Positions 13,090-24,699 of a stretch of DNA of 64,000 nt are shown in pieces (position 1 is the stretch's first letter; every line of letters begins with the position of its first letter). The stretch covers positions 4,733,824 to 4,797,823 of the forward strand of contig MU054391.1 in assembly GCA_013239625.1 (NCBI GenBank), in the 5' to 3' direction. The notes under the pieces are model-generated. The model was given only the letters and a program-made list of their open reading frames with translations, did no database searches and was not told the origin of the DNA. The position numbers were made by a program, and so were the translations under genes. This stretch comes from Lama guanicoe. Lineage: Eukaryota.

Positions 13090-13460
13090 CCCCGCCCCCC
13101 CCCATGCCTGCAGGGAACACAGGGTGACTTGGACACAGCAGGACCGCCTCCCGTGGTGCCGGGCCTGCCTCGCGGGGTGCCCCTCCCCCACAGCGGCGGG
13201 GTGCCTCCCAGAGCCATCGTGAAGCCCGGATGGGGCTCTGCGACGTGCAAAGGTCTCCCAAAAACAGCTAGAGCAGGAAAGGAGGATGAAGGGAGACCCC
13301 CCGGGGACAAAAGCAGGGGCCGCCCCTGCACCCCTAAGGAGCCCCGAATTCGCCCAGGATTAACAGAGGGGGGCCTGCGTGGGGGGCCTGCGTGGGGGGC
13401 CTGCCGGAGCGCGAGACCACACGGGAGTCTCGGGGCCCGGGGCCCGGGAAACACAGTGAC
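13090..13460. promoter_or_regulatory. Small GC/CpG-rich island with a 13-bp tandem repeat
   Basis: Dense CpG; (ggggggcctgcgt) repeated ~2.8 times at 13368-13404. Confidence 0.4.
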
Positions 13461-13639
13461 CTCCAACAGCTAGAATCCACTGACTGGGTGATGGAATCAA
13501 TAAAAGACCAAACGTCCGTTTGCTGGGGCGTGAATTAAGAATTCAGTTCTGAACACAGGTCTGGTTTCAGATGAACAGGGGAACCAGAAACTTGCGGAGT
13601 CTAGAGGATGCCAGACTCTTTGCCCAGATTGTTGTACTG

Positions 13640-13760
13640 GCTCCTTGTAATAACCCTATAAATAGGCACTATTTTCATTTACTGATGAGAAAACAGGCTC
13701 AACAATCTTGAATAACTAAGCTAAAAGCTGGAAGCGCCAAGTTCAAGCCCAGACGCTACC
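13640..13760 (-). mobile_element. MIR SINE fragment
   Basis: aaccctataaataggcactattttcatttactgatgagaaaacaggctca. Confidence 0.55.
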
Positions 13761-14547
13761 CAAACCCAAAGTGCACTTCCAACATCACGTGTTCTCAGGT
13801 GACGCCAGTTTTATCTGGAGAATTATTTTTACTGTTTATAAAACCTCACCTCTGTCTAAGGAGATTTAAAATAGCCCCCTCTATAAACACACAGCCAGAT
13901 GACCTGCCCCTCACTTTCCGAGATAACAGAGACGCTGAGACTTTCCCCAAATGTATAAGAAGGTGAGAAGCCCAGGAAAGACCTGGAATCCCAAACTCCC
14001 CATGCGATACCCCGTCTAAACCAGGGCTGTCATCCCTGCCAGCAGCTCAGCACCGTGGCCCGTTCAGCTCCGAGCAGGAGGAGGGGCGGAAAGGGAGGCG
14101 CTGTGCAGCGAAGATCCCGCCTCTTCATCATCAAGACAAATGTTCTTAATGCAATCATTTCAAACATAAAAATGAAAGTCAAAGTCCATCCTGAACAAAA
14201 CATCACACACTTTGTAAATGAAGACAGGCAGTCTTTGTTTGAGTCTGTGGTTTCTGAGACAGCAGTTTCTGGCCTGGCGTGGCTCCCGTGGCCCCACCAC
14301 CATGACGGTGGGCCGAGCCCCCTTGTCCCCAACACCTTCCTGAGGGCCGACGGTGGGTGAACCCAGACCAGACAATGTGGGGCTATATGGAGTCACAGTT
14401 TGTTTTTGTTTGTTTTTGTTTTTTTGTAGAATTTCTATTTAATTTCTGCTGGGTTCAAAACATGGGAGGACTTTCTGCTAAGTGTAAAAGGGCACCTAGT
14501 CTTAGTTTTGCCTCTGGTGCCAGAGTGGCCCAGTCCCTCCAACCGCT

Positions 14548-14618
14548 CAGTATGTCACACAGCAGAAATTGACACAGCATCGTAAAGTGACTATACTTCA
14601 ACAAAAATATATATATAC
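14548..14618 (+). mobile_element. L1 extreme 3' end
   Basis: cagcagaaattgacacagcatcgtaaagtgactatacttcaacaaaaa matches the L1 tail motif seen in other copies. Confidence 0.75.
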
Positions 14619-14835
14619 AAAGAAAAGAGAAAGAGAGAAGGAGAGAAATAGAGAAAGAAAGAGAGAAAGGAAGGAAGGAAGGGAGAGAGGGAGGAAGGGA
14701 GGGAGAGAGAGAGAAAAGAAGGAAGGAAGGAAGGAAGGAAGGAAGGAAGGAAGGAAGGAAGGAAGAAAAGAAGAAAGAAGGAAAGAAAGAGGGAAAGAAA
14801 GAAAGAAAGAGAGAAAGAAAGAGAGAAAGAAAGAG

Positions 14836-14893
<58 letters not shown>

Positions 14894-15000
14894 GAAGGAA
14901 GGAAGAGAGAGAGAGAGAGAGAAAGAGAGAAAGAGAGAAAGGGAGAAAGGGAGAAAGGGAGAAAGAGAGAAAGAAAAAGAAAGAAAGAAAGAAAGAAAGG
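14619..15000. repeat. Compound polypurine simple repeat (GAAA/GGAA/GA)n
   Basis: 382 nt with a single pyrimidine (T14649). Confidence 0.95.
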
Positions 15001-15240
15001 CAAGCAGAGAGGAGACAGACGAGGAAGCGGACCTCCGCGGGCTTCGCGAGCTCAGCCTCCTGGGACCCCCGGTGCCGCTTGCTCAGGGCCGGCTGGCGGA
15101 TCCCATCCACACGAATCCTACGCACGGATGTAACGGCAGTACCTTCCAAACACCCCTTTCCTTGGGAGAGACTGTGACTTTAAAATGACCCTAACAATGG
15201 TGGAACAATCTTTCCGCCCCCTCCCTGGGGTCAATTTAAC

Positions 15241-15492
15241 TTTTTCTTCCTTTTTGTTTTTAAACTGAAGCCTAGTTGATTTACAATGTTGTGCTGATTT
15301 CCAGTGCACAGCATTGTGATTCACGTACCCATATACACATATATTCCTTTTCATATTCTTTTTCATTACAGGCCATTACAAGGTATTGAATATAGTTCCC
15401 TGTGCCAGTAGGACTTTGTTGTCCGTCTATTTTATATATAGTAGTTATTATCCACAAATCCCAAACTCCCATTTTAGCCCTCCCCATCCCCC
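15241..15492 (-). mobile_element. L1 3' UTR fragment
   Basis: T-rich start, then tagttgatttacaatgttgtg...ttacaaggtattgaatatagttccctgtg. Confidence 0.85.
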
Positions 15493-16510
15493 TCCAAAGC
15501 ACTCAGTGTGCAGTGGTGAGCTGACACCTTCCTTGTTAACGGGCTCGCCCGATCATCACTTGGACAACAATGGAAAGGCTAGAAGCTATTACACTGGGTA
15601 CCTGACGATGCAAACAGGACTAGATTAATTTGCATTCAAAAGATTGCAAGAGCAATTAGCACCTCATTAATATGATGTAAATGCTAATTTATACAGATCC
15701 CAAGCCACCCCCAGACTCCTTTCGTCCAACCAATGTTAAGTGTCGCTTCAGAAACCAGACCGCGAGAATTCCCAGGCAGGCAGGAGCAGCTCCACCTGGG
15801 CTGCCCTTTGAAGGGGGCACGGGTCACCCGCATCGCAGCTGCTCAGATGAAGGGCCACCTGCGGGAATTCCATGCAGCCCACGGTGCTGTGTTCCAAGGG
15901 GTGCCCAGTGACCGACTTGAGAACTGCTGGCCACAGCAGGATGGGTGATGATAAGGTGTCCCCGCTGAAGGGCAGGGCTGTGCCGCACGCTGGGCGGGGA
16001 GGGAGCTCCCCGAGAACAGCTAAGCTTCTCCACCACACACTGGCAGCTGGTAATGATCAAAGCGATTGCCTTAAATAATTGATTGATTTATACCAGTTAA
16101 AAAAAAAACAAAAACAAAACCCTGGAGGGTTATGAATAGTCTGAGATATGATCACACCATTTGGGACTAAGAGATGCTCAGAAACGCCCTGTGTCTGGCA
16201 ACACCCTGAGGGTGTGATTAGGGTATCACACATCAAAGGATGGTGGCAGGGCAAGTCCACCCAGTAAATCACCACATACAATTCATTTTAAGCACTGCCA
16301 ATAAGAAAAGTTCCTCAAGAGCTTCGCACTGCCCCTTTTTGTTCACCACTAATCCCGCCGGGGGAAGGAGGAGACAAAATAGGGAAGGAATGTGGAGGGG
16401 AACTGGAGAGGGGGCACTTCCCTGGGTGGAATGAATGTCTTCCTGTTGTCCTCACCTCCGCCTGCAGGTACGCTCACCTCAGGGATGCGGTGAAATGTGC
16501 ACATCCTCAA

Positions 16511-16541
16511 ACACACACACACTCACACACACTCACACACA
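16511..16541. repeat. (CA)n microsatellite, interrupted
   Basis: Direct reading of the sequence. Confidence 0.8.
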
Positions 16542-18151
16542 GTTCATGACAGATGTGCCCCTTTTCAAGACTCTTCCTGGGTCGTCCTCACCACGTCGGT
16601 GTTGCAAAGTTGTATGAAACTCAGCTTAGGAGACCCTGTTCGCCCAACAGCGTTTCACTCATCCCGTGGATGATCCAAGATGCTGAAGAGAGACCCGCGA
16701 ATCCAGCTAAATTCCAAAGGCGCCCTGAGCACCTGGCGGGTGCTGACACTGCCGGGTCCCATGGAGGGAAGACCGGAGTCAGAGCAGGAGATGCACGGAT
16801 CCCACGTGGTTGTTCAAGGTCAGTGCCACGACGGAAAAGAACCAAGTCGACAGCAGAGAGGGCTTCCTGGAGGAAGTCCAATCTGAGCTGGTCTCCCTGA
16901 AGAAGGAGAGCATTTCAACAGGGATAAAGGGACAGAAGGATTCCAGGGAGACAGGAGGGGGAGGCAAAGGCACAAAGCAGGTGACTCAAGATTGGTGCTC
17001 AGGACCTAAGTCTGGGGCCATCGTTCCTCACAGCAAAAGAAGAATGGAGAGAACCAATAACAAGGAAGCAGCAGGCCTGAAATGGGAACAGCCTGGAGCA
17101 CGTGCCATCGAGTCACTGGACTGACACTGGACAGGCTCAGATCCCGGGACATAGTCTCAGCGGTCTACTGCTCTTCTTAGAAAAAGATAAAATTCCCTGT
17201 TGTCATTGTGATCATCGTCTTAAAAGAAGATGCTGTCTTTGCCTTTTCTGCGTCACCTGGCAGGTCTCCCAATAACCAGGCTGTCTCAGCACCTGTGCCG
17301 CCGCCCCTGTGTCTACGGCGGGGCCGGCACGCCGAGCTCTGGGGAGAAGAGCCGAGGCTGACCTGATACACAAGTGATGCAGGAGAGCAGAGTGAAAGGT
17401 TGAGTGACATCACCGAGTCCTGTGTGAGTGAAAGCTTCACAGCAGTTCAAATAGAGGCCTCCAGTGGGAGGGCTGAGTCACCCCAAGCCGGGCAGGGATC
17501 AAGGCCAAACTCACCAGGGCCTGGCTCGGCTGCCAGCCCCAGGACCCATGTGCGTCAGCAAAGCATCATCACATGAACTTGAACTTTAGTGGATTTCAGT
17601 TTGGTTCACACCTAACTCGAAAAATTGTTTTATTTTATAGAAATGTGGGAACTACAAGCAATTCAGAAGGTCGACTCCTAGTTGTGTTTGTACAAACAGA
17701 ACTTGTTCAAAACAACACCAGGTGTTGGAGGCTTTTTTGTCCTTTAAAAAGAGTCACTCTGTTTCTCAAGTTTGAGCAACACGGCCCCAGACCAGGAGCT
17801 CCTGGGGGGCAGGGACACCAGTGGTACCAAAACAAGACTCCTCTCCATTTCTCCAGGGATGTTTTCTGTTACAGTTCTGGCTTGATGCTGCCATGCAGGG
17901 TGGTGGTTCCAAGGAAAGTCGGAAAGTTCTTCTTGTACAGAAGCAAAGAAGCTAGAGCTGGTTTGGGAGGGTGTGGGGGAAGCAAGTAGATAGAAAATGG
18001 GCCTTGGAGGCAGAGGTAACAGCAGATCACATTCAAGACGCTGTCGTGTGTTTGGCCCGATTAGCCCGAGCGGAGTGGGTGGGAAGTTCTGACGCCTGGG
18101 GGGGCCCAGGCCACGTAGGCTCACAAGCCAAGCTCAGGAACACAGCAGAGA

Positions 18152-18383
18152 AGTTAACCACTGTATATAAAAATAGATTTTTATCTACTTCTTTCTATAC
18201 AAATTTCTATCTATACAGATCTCTTCTGTACAGCACAAGGATCTATATTCAATATCTTATAATAATCTTTAATGAAAAAGAATATGAAACCGAATATATG
18301 TATATATATGCATGACTGGGACATTGTATTGTGTACCAGACATTGACACATTGTAACTGACTGTATACTTCAATTTAAAAAAA
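18152..18383 (+). mobile_element. L1 3' UTR fragment with A tail
   Basis: ctgtacagcacaagg...aatgaaaaagaatatg...gactgggacattg...cttcaatttaaaaaaa. Confidence 0.85.
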
Positions 18384-19394
18384 TGATACTAACTCTTTAC
18401 AGGGGCAACCCCATGAGTATGGAATGCTAGACTTGTGAAGATTTCTCTCTCCTATTAAAAACCATAATAAGAATGAGATTTTAATTTACTCTTCAAAAAG
18501 CAATGAAAGATTTCAGTTATGTTAAAATAATGTTCATGTTAATCCTTGAAATTATTCATTGGAATCCAGACTTTGCTTTTGTGCAGGTAATTTTAACAAA
18601 TTTGGAAGAAAAAAATTCTTTGAAGGGATATATAAAAATAACTTTCATATCTTGGATTTTAAGTTTTTTTAATGTATACATTAACGATGATGTATTCAAA
18701 TTTTGTAGACTTTGAAAACACCGCATTTGTATTTTCATTACTTAGATCGTCACCGTTAATAGAACACAAACCTTCTGGAAATCTTAAGTAGAATAATTTA
18801 GTTATTCTGCTGAACTTATGGTGAGAAAATTAAATTTCGTGTGGAATAAACTAATAATTTATAAGTTGTGCAGATCACCCGAACACCACTGGCCCCTCCA
18901 TACAGCAGGAGGCCCAGCACACAGAAGAGGACCTTACCTGAGAGCAGGTGCTCGACAATCATTGCTGAGTGAGTGGCTGGGGGAGTGAATGAAGGGCTGC
19001 TTGTACGGCGGGTAAAGCCAGACGGCAGTGGGCCTTGGCCATTGGTCAGAGAGTTTAGCCAGGATGTGAGCAGGGAAATGATGCTCTCCGCTGCAATGCT
19101 GGGGAATGAATTGGGCATTAGGGTACATATCAGGCTGGAATTAGGCAACACCGAAAAGAATTTGGTTAGCTGAGTACTTTAGTTTCCACTCTTTGACTTT
19201 TATTTTGTTTTGAAGCTACGTCTATTTTATGTAAAACCGTGGGCGTGAATACCATGGCCCCTTGGTTGCGGGCGGTCAGCATCCCATCAGGGAGGCCACT
19301 CAGGGTTCTGGAGGCAGCGCGGCGCCAGGGAAGGACCACGGACAGGGCGCCTCTCAGCTCTGGTTGGAATCCCAGCACCACCCATTAAAGTAAG

Positions 19395-19485
19395 CCTCCA
19401 GGCTTAACTTCTTTGAACCCCAGTTTTTTCATCTGTAAAACAGAGATAATACCACCTCCCACATAAGACGGCTGTGAGATTAGAA
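19395..19485 (+). mobile_element. MIR SINE fragment
   Basis: cttaacttctttgaaccccagttttttcatctgtaaaacagagataatacc. Confidence 0.7.
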
Positions 19486-19614
19486 GTAGTGACCGGCAAG
19501 CAGCGGGTCTCAGTGAAGGGCAGCGACGGTCACCACCCAGGCTCCAGAAGCCACAGGCAGAGAACAGCGTGTTCCTTCCACTCAGAGCCCAGGCTCCAGA
19601 ACCTGCTACCGGGC

Positions 19615-19933
19615 GGGTAGAACCAGCAACGTCATCACCTGAGAGCTTGTTAGAGACCCAGGGCCCCGGTCCCTCCCCCAGGCCAGCTGACTCAGAGCCC
19701 GCAGGTGCCAGGCTCCCAGGGGATCACTACGCACAATGGGGTCTGTAAGCACCTAGCACCTGAGCCATTGGTTCAGCCCTGACCACAAATATCCTGAGGG
19801 GCTTTAAACATCCAGTGCCTGGCAGCCACCCCAGACATATTAATTCAGAATCCCTAAGAATGAGGTGGGGCTAAGCTTTCTAAAAAAAAATCCCCAGGGA
19901 ACTGTGACGTCCAGCCAGGCTTGTCAACCACAG
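19615..19933. mobile_element. hAT-Charlie MER5-type DNA transposon remnants (two adjacent)
   Basis: catcacctgagagcttgttaga...ctcccaggggatc and caccccagac...aattcagaatc...ccccagggaactgtgacgtccagccagg. Confidence 0.55.
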
Positions 19934-19962
19934 GCTGCATCAAAAGATGTGAAGCCTCGGGT

Positions 19963-20228
19963 CAGGGCCTCGTGATGACTTCGTGGGCTCCTGGCATGTT
20001 TCCCCCCCCTCCATTGGCTGTTTTCTCCATAAAATGATATTAAAAATTATATTTTACTATGTGTTCATAAAAATATAAATACGTCATTATCGTATATTAA
20101 AACATGTTCTTCAATCTAAAGATAGCTGTTTCTATTCTAACTCAAAAATATATATATGTAAAAACATTTCATAGACCCTTAAAAGTATTGTGGGCCTCAG
20201 GCACTGTCCCTAATGTAAACTGGTCCTG
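19963..20228. mobile_element. Full-length non-autonomous hAT-Tip100 element (ORSL-like)
   Basis: TIR-like ends CAGGGCC...GGTCCTG, subterminal gtgggc(t/c)c..ggca motifs at both ends, AT-rich core, ~266 bp. Confidence 0.65.
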
Positions 20229-20364
20229 TTTGGGGACGTTACGTAAAACTTAGGGTGTCAGCATAGTGGGTGAGAGGAAGGAAGTCTTAATGGAGCTGTG
20301 AAGCTAAGGGTTCAACGTGTGTGAGCTAATGGCTCACTGATACTGAGATCCTGCCCCAAAGGAG

Positions 20365-20427
20365 AGGCAGAAGGAAGAAGGGAAGGAAGGGAGGGAGGGA
20401 GGGGAAGGAAGGGAGAGCCGGAGGGAA
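20365..20427. repeat. (GGAA/GGGA)n purine-rich repeat
   Basis: Direct reading of the sequence. Confidence 0.75.
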
Positions 20428-21527
20428 ATTTAAATAAGAATGAAATTCTAACCAAATGGAGAAGTGCTGGTACAAAGAGCCAGCACAGTCACCACTGCAG
20501 AGTTAACACAAACAACCCTTAATGCCCCCCTGCTGTTCACCCATCCCTTCTTTTACTCACTCATTCCTTCATTTCTCCAGTTCTCGGCGGAGCCCTGAGT
20601 AAGTGCCAAACCCAGACAACTCAAAGATGATGATGCTATCGTCCCTTCCTTCCGCCCAGGAACCAAATGCTCAGAGCAGGCAACCCTATCCCCTGTTGAT
20701 TTCATTACTTTCCAAAGGCCGTGAATGCAAGAATGGCTATTTCCTAGAGTGACCAAACTTAATTAACGCAGCACAACTAAAAAGAAATCAGCTGGAAACA
20801 CGTGAAAAGGAAGGGAAGTGAACACTTCAGGTATCCTCCACACAAGCTGTGTGGCCTGACAGCCACTCCCCGGGAGCCTTCCTATAAATAATTTTTATTA
20901 TTATTAAAAAAAAAATCTCGCTTGAAAGGAGTGGTTACAAAAAGCCGATCCTCCCCCGTAGGAATCTTGAGGAAACTGTATCTACACTACAATTGCCCAG
21001 GACCAAACAGAGCATCCTGCACAACGGGGAGTTCAAATCAATGAAAATAAGAATTCTGCTTTCATGAGCACTTCCTGAAAGAAAAGGAGAAGGTGAGAAG
21101 AAAGGTGGGTTCAAAAGTTGCAAAGAGACTGAGTAATTAGAAATCCAGAACCACTATTCAGTGCACAAAAGAGTAGGGAGTTTGGGTGTGAAAAGTAAAC
21201 ATCTGAATATGAAAGTCTCACATAGACAAAAGATTAATTGCTCTATGCATTGGCTTTTGCATATAAAAAAGAGACAGCAACCATGCCAGCCAGCCTCTCT
21301 GTGATTTTCCTGTGCAAAGGATAACTCTAAGGTTTGCGGTTTCCTTAAAAAGATTTTTTTTTTTAATATGAGGAAATTAATGCAGTCAGTACCTGTTCAG
21401 CTTGTGATTTCTTGCCAGGCCCACACATGAGGGGTGTACTAGACAGTTTCCACTTGGGAAGGACTGAGTTCCCTTGAATGTTTTGTACGTGAACTGGAGA
21501 TCCACAAAGCTGAGAGAGAGCCTGAAA

Positions 21528-22066
21528 TTTTTTTTATTGAACTATAGTTGATTTAGGATGTTATGTTAGTTTCCGGTGCACAGCAAAGTGATTCAGTTTT
21601 AGATGTATATTTCTTTCTTCGATTCTTTTCCATTATATGTTATTACAAGATACTGAATATAGTTCCCTGTGCTATACAGTAAATCCTTGTTGTTTATCTA
21701 CTTACTGTATAGTGGTATGTGTCTGTTAATCTCAAGCTCCTTCCTTAGTCGTCCTTCCCCCATTTCACCTCTGGTTACCGTAAGTTTATTTTCTATGTCT
21801 GTGGGTCTGTTTTGATTTGGTGAATAAGTTCATTTGTATTATTTTTTAGATTCCACATATAAGTAGTATCATATAGTATTGTCTTTCTCTGACTTACTTC
21901 ACTTAGTATGATCGTCTCTAGGTCCATCCATGTTGCTGCAAATGGCATGATTTCACTGTTTTTTATGGCTGAGTAACATTCCATTGTATATATATACCAC
22001 ATCTTCTTTATCCAGTCATCTGTTGATGGACATTTAGGTTGCTTCCATGTCTTAGCATATTGTAAA
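21528..22066 (-). mobile_element. 5'-truncated L1 (ORF2 C-terminus and 3' UTR)
   Basis: Translation KTWKQPKCPSTDDWIKKMWYIYTMECYSAIK..MPFAATWMDLETIILSEVSQ is the L1 ORF2p C-terminus. Confidence 0.92.
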
Positions 22067-22149
22067 TGTTGCTTTTGTCTTTTAAAATGAGACCACCTGC
22101 CCTCCCACACACAGATCACAGCAGCAGCCAGTGAGGAATGTGCTAGACC

Positions 22150-23460
22150 TGAACTGGGAGGCAAGACTCTGTAGGACCTGGCAAGGCATTGACAAGAATC
22201 AGGGTGCATATGGGGCTGATAGAGCTGGGCAGAGCCTAAGTGTGCAAAAGTGTTCATCCGTGTGGGTGTACTCTCCCATAATAGCATGTTAAATTCCAGC
22301 CAGGCCTCCAGCAGTGCTAACCTGCTGTTAGAACAGCTCCTAGTAACTTGGAGAAAGTGGTGGTCCCCACTAAGAAAGCAGAAACACCAGACTGCTGCCC
22401 AGACAATGGAGTCAGGGAGGAAGAGGTTCAGAAAAGTAGAATTCCAGAGTAGAAATATCATGTGAGGTTGGAAACCAACCAGTCATGTTCATCAAGAGAG
22501 CCTGGGAAACACTCCATTTGTCAATTTGTCAAAAAAAAAAAAAAAAAGCATTGCTGAGAGGCGCACCCTTGAAGAGCTCTGAATAATCCTATTATTACAG
22601 AACTGGACTCCCTAAGGGAATCTTGAAATAATAGAAGCTAGTGTGACATTTAATTAGCAGCAACGGGGACACAATTATAATGGGGCACATGGCTGAAGGG
22701 GCAGCCAGAGGGCCCTGAGCCAGAGAGAATAACGGACACAGCATGACGGGGTTGGGGGGGGAGGATCACTCAAGTTAGACACTCAAAAAAAAAAAAAGAG
22801 AGAAAATGTAAGGAAAGATGATCAAGAGGTTGAATGAACTGCCCAAATAAAAATAAAAATCCAGTCTCAGTGCTGGACCTGGTATCTGAACCCGAACCAG
22901 TTTTCAGACCCAGACCCCATGGACTGAAGGACAGGTGAGTCCCTGAGGGGAAGAATCTACAGCATCACAGCAGGTGTCTCTGTGAATAGCTCCCCAGCTC
23001 CCTAGACAGCCCCTGCCACGTGCTCAGGGAGCCACACACTGGAGGGCGAGGGCTGCCCAGACGCTCTGAGAACTACTGGTTACAAGATCTGAGATGACAC
23101 TGATAACTGGGGTTCTGAGACGTGATCCTCCTGAACCCCCTTGTTAAAGCAAAGCCATGGGTCCAGTTATAAAGGAAGACCTGCCCAGGTCTGGGTCCAC
23201 AGACCCAACCATGGTTATTCCCTCAACTCCCAAATATATAATTCAAACTGCCTCTGGAAATTGGAGGAACGACTACATTGGCTTCTTGGAATAGGAGGTA
23301 AGAGTTACCAAAATGGGGAAAATTAAGTGCAAGTCTCTGAAATGCACCCCACACACATGCACACACACACACACGCACACACGCACACACACACACACAC
23401 ACACATCAAGATACAAAATTAAAAATTACATCACGTCCTGGGGGAGATGCCAGAGATTAC
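22150..23460 (+). mobile_element. ERV-L internal remnant (gag-protease region, decayed)
   Basis: Segments resembling the recalled ERVL consensus: gagaggcgcacccttgaagagctctg, ccagttttcagacccagacccc, and ctactggttacaagatctgagatgacactgat (LLVTRSE versus protease motif LLDTGSE). Confidence 0.65.
23351..23405. repeat. (CA)n/(CG) microsatellite
   Basis: Direct reading of the sequence. Confidence 0.9.
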
Positions 23461-23467
23461 AAAACGG

Positions 23468-23808
23468 TGCTATGGACTAAATGTTTGTCCCAAATCTTAG
23501 ACCTAATTTAGACCTAATCCCTAGTGTGATGGTGTTAGAAGGTGAGGACTTTGGAGGGTGATTAGGTCATGAGAGTGGAGCCCCCATGATGGAATTAGTG
23601 CCCTTAAAAAAGAGACAGGAAAGAGATGATCTCTCTGTCTGCCATGTGAGGACAGAGCAAGGAGGTCCATCTGCAAACCAGGAAGAGGGCCTTCACCTGA
23701 CTATGGTGGTACCCTGATTTTGGACTTCCAGCCTCCAGAACTGTGAGAAACAAATCTCTGTTGTTTAAGCCACCCAGCCTGTTATAGCAACCCAAACTGG
23801 CTAAGAAA
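23468..23808 (+). mobile_element. MaLR solo LTR, MLT1A-like
   Basis: tgctatggactaaatgtttgtccc...ggacttccagcctccagaactgtgagaaacaaat...tttaagccacccag...ttatagcaacccaaactggctaaga. Confidence 0.88.
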
Positions 23809-23839
23809 GACAGGACTTTATAATTGCTAAGATGCAGGA

Positions 23840-24130
23840 GATCAAGAAAGAAAGACGCTTCCTGCTTTCAGGATTGGGCACCTAGACAGATAGGGGACCA
23901 CAAAACAAAAGGAACTTGGGAAGAAGAGAGCAGGAAACATGACCACCTCTGCTTTGGAATCCTGGGTGTGAGAAGCCTGTGGGAACCTCCAAGTGGAACT
24001 TCAGAGAGACATCTGGGCTAGAGATGGAGATTCATCAGCACTGAGGGGATGGCTGACACAGGGGGAGATTCTAGGAGTATCAGAACACTAAGAAGACCCC
24101 AAGGATGGAGACCCCCTAGGAAGAGACCAC
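23840..24130 (-). mobile_element. L2 remnant
   Basis: gcctgtgggaacctccaagtgga...tctgggctagagatggagattcatcagca. Confidence 0.4.
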
Positions 24131-24699
24131 CTCACTGAGTCAGCTAAGAGGATCTGACCAGTGACACTACTGGGGATGAGTGGAGGGGCACACATGAAGG
24201 GCCATCATGCTGTCAGCTTCAACAACAGCAAAAAGATGGGTAAACCATAGGCAGCCATGAATGGAGACATGCCACGCGGCTTCATCTCTATAAACCTTTA
24301 CGCTGATCTGCATAGCCCCCATCTAATCCTTTATTACAAGTCAGTCCCTTGTGATGTGCTTCACTGCCTTCTCCCTTCCACAGTGAGAGAAGATAAAATT
24401 CAGTCAACATACAGGTTCATATCATGAGACAACTAAATAATTGCCCTTATGTTACTGACACATTTTTTAACTCCAAGGAACTGGGATCATTCGGAGAAAG
24501 TGATAGTCGTGGAAGGTCCCGCGCCCGCCTGCATCAAAGGAAGCACATCTGTCACTAGAACCACTGTGTGGGCAGAGCCTGCAGGCAGCCTTCCAGGTCA
24601 AGAGGGAGGTGGTTCTGCTTTACAGACCAACACATTTGCAAAGGAAACCACATCAACTACTTTTGCTCACCAGCACAGTCCTTCATTCATTGAAGATTC

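Noticed and set aside
12825..13473. 213-aa and 114-aa ORFs
   Set aside because: G/P/R-rich products expected from a GC-rich patch; no homology recognised.
14455..15177. Long ORFs of 182-202 aa rich in K/E/R or S/F/L
   Set aside because: They are translations of the purine simple repeat, which has no stop codons because of its composition.
21793..22461. 222-aa minus-strand ORF
   Set aside because: Chance read-through from ERVL-derived DNA into a truncated L1 ORF2 C-terminus; not a host gene.
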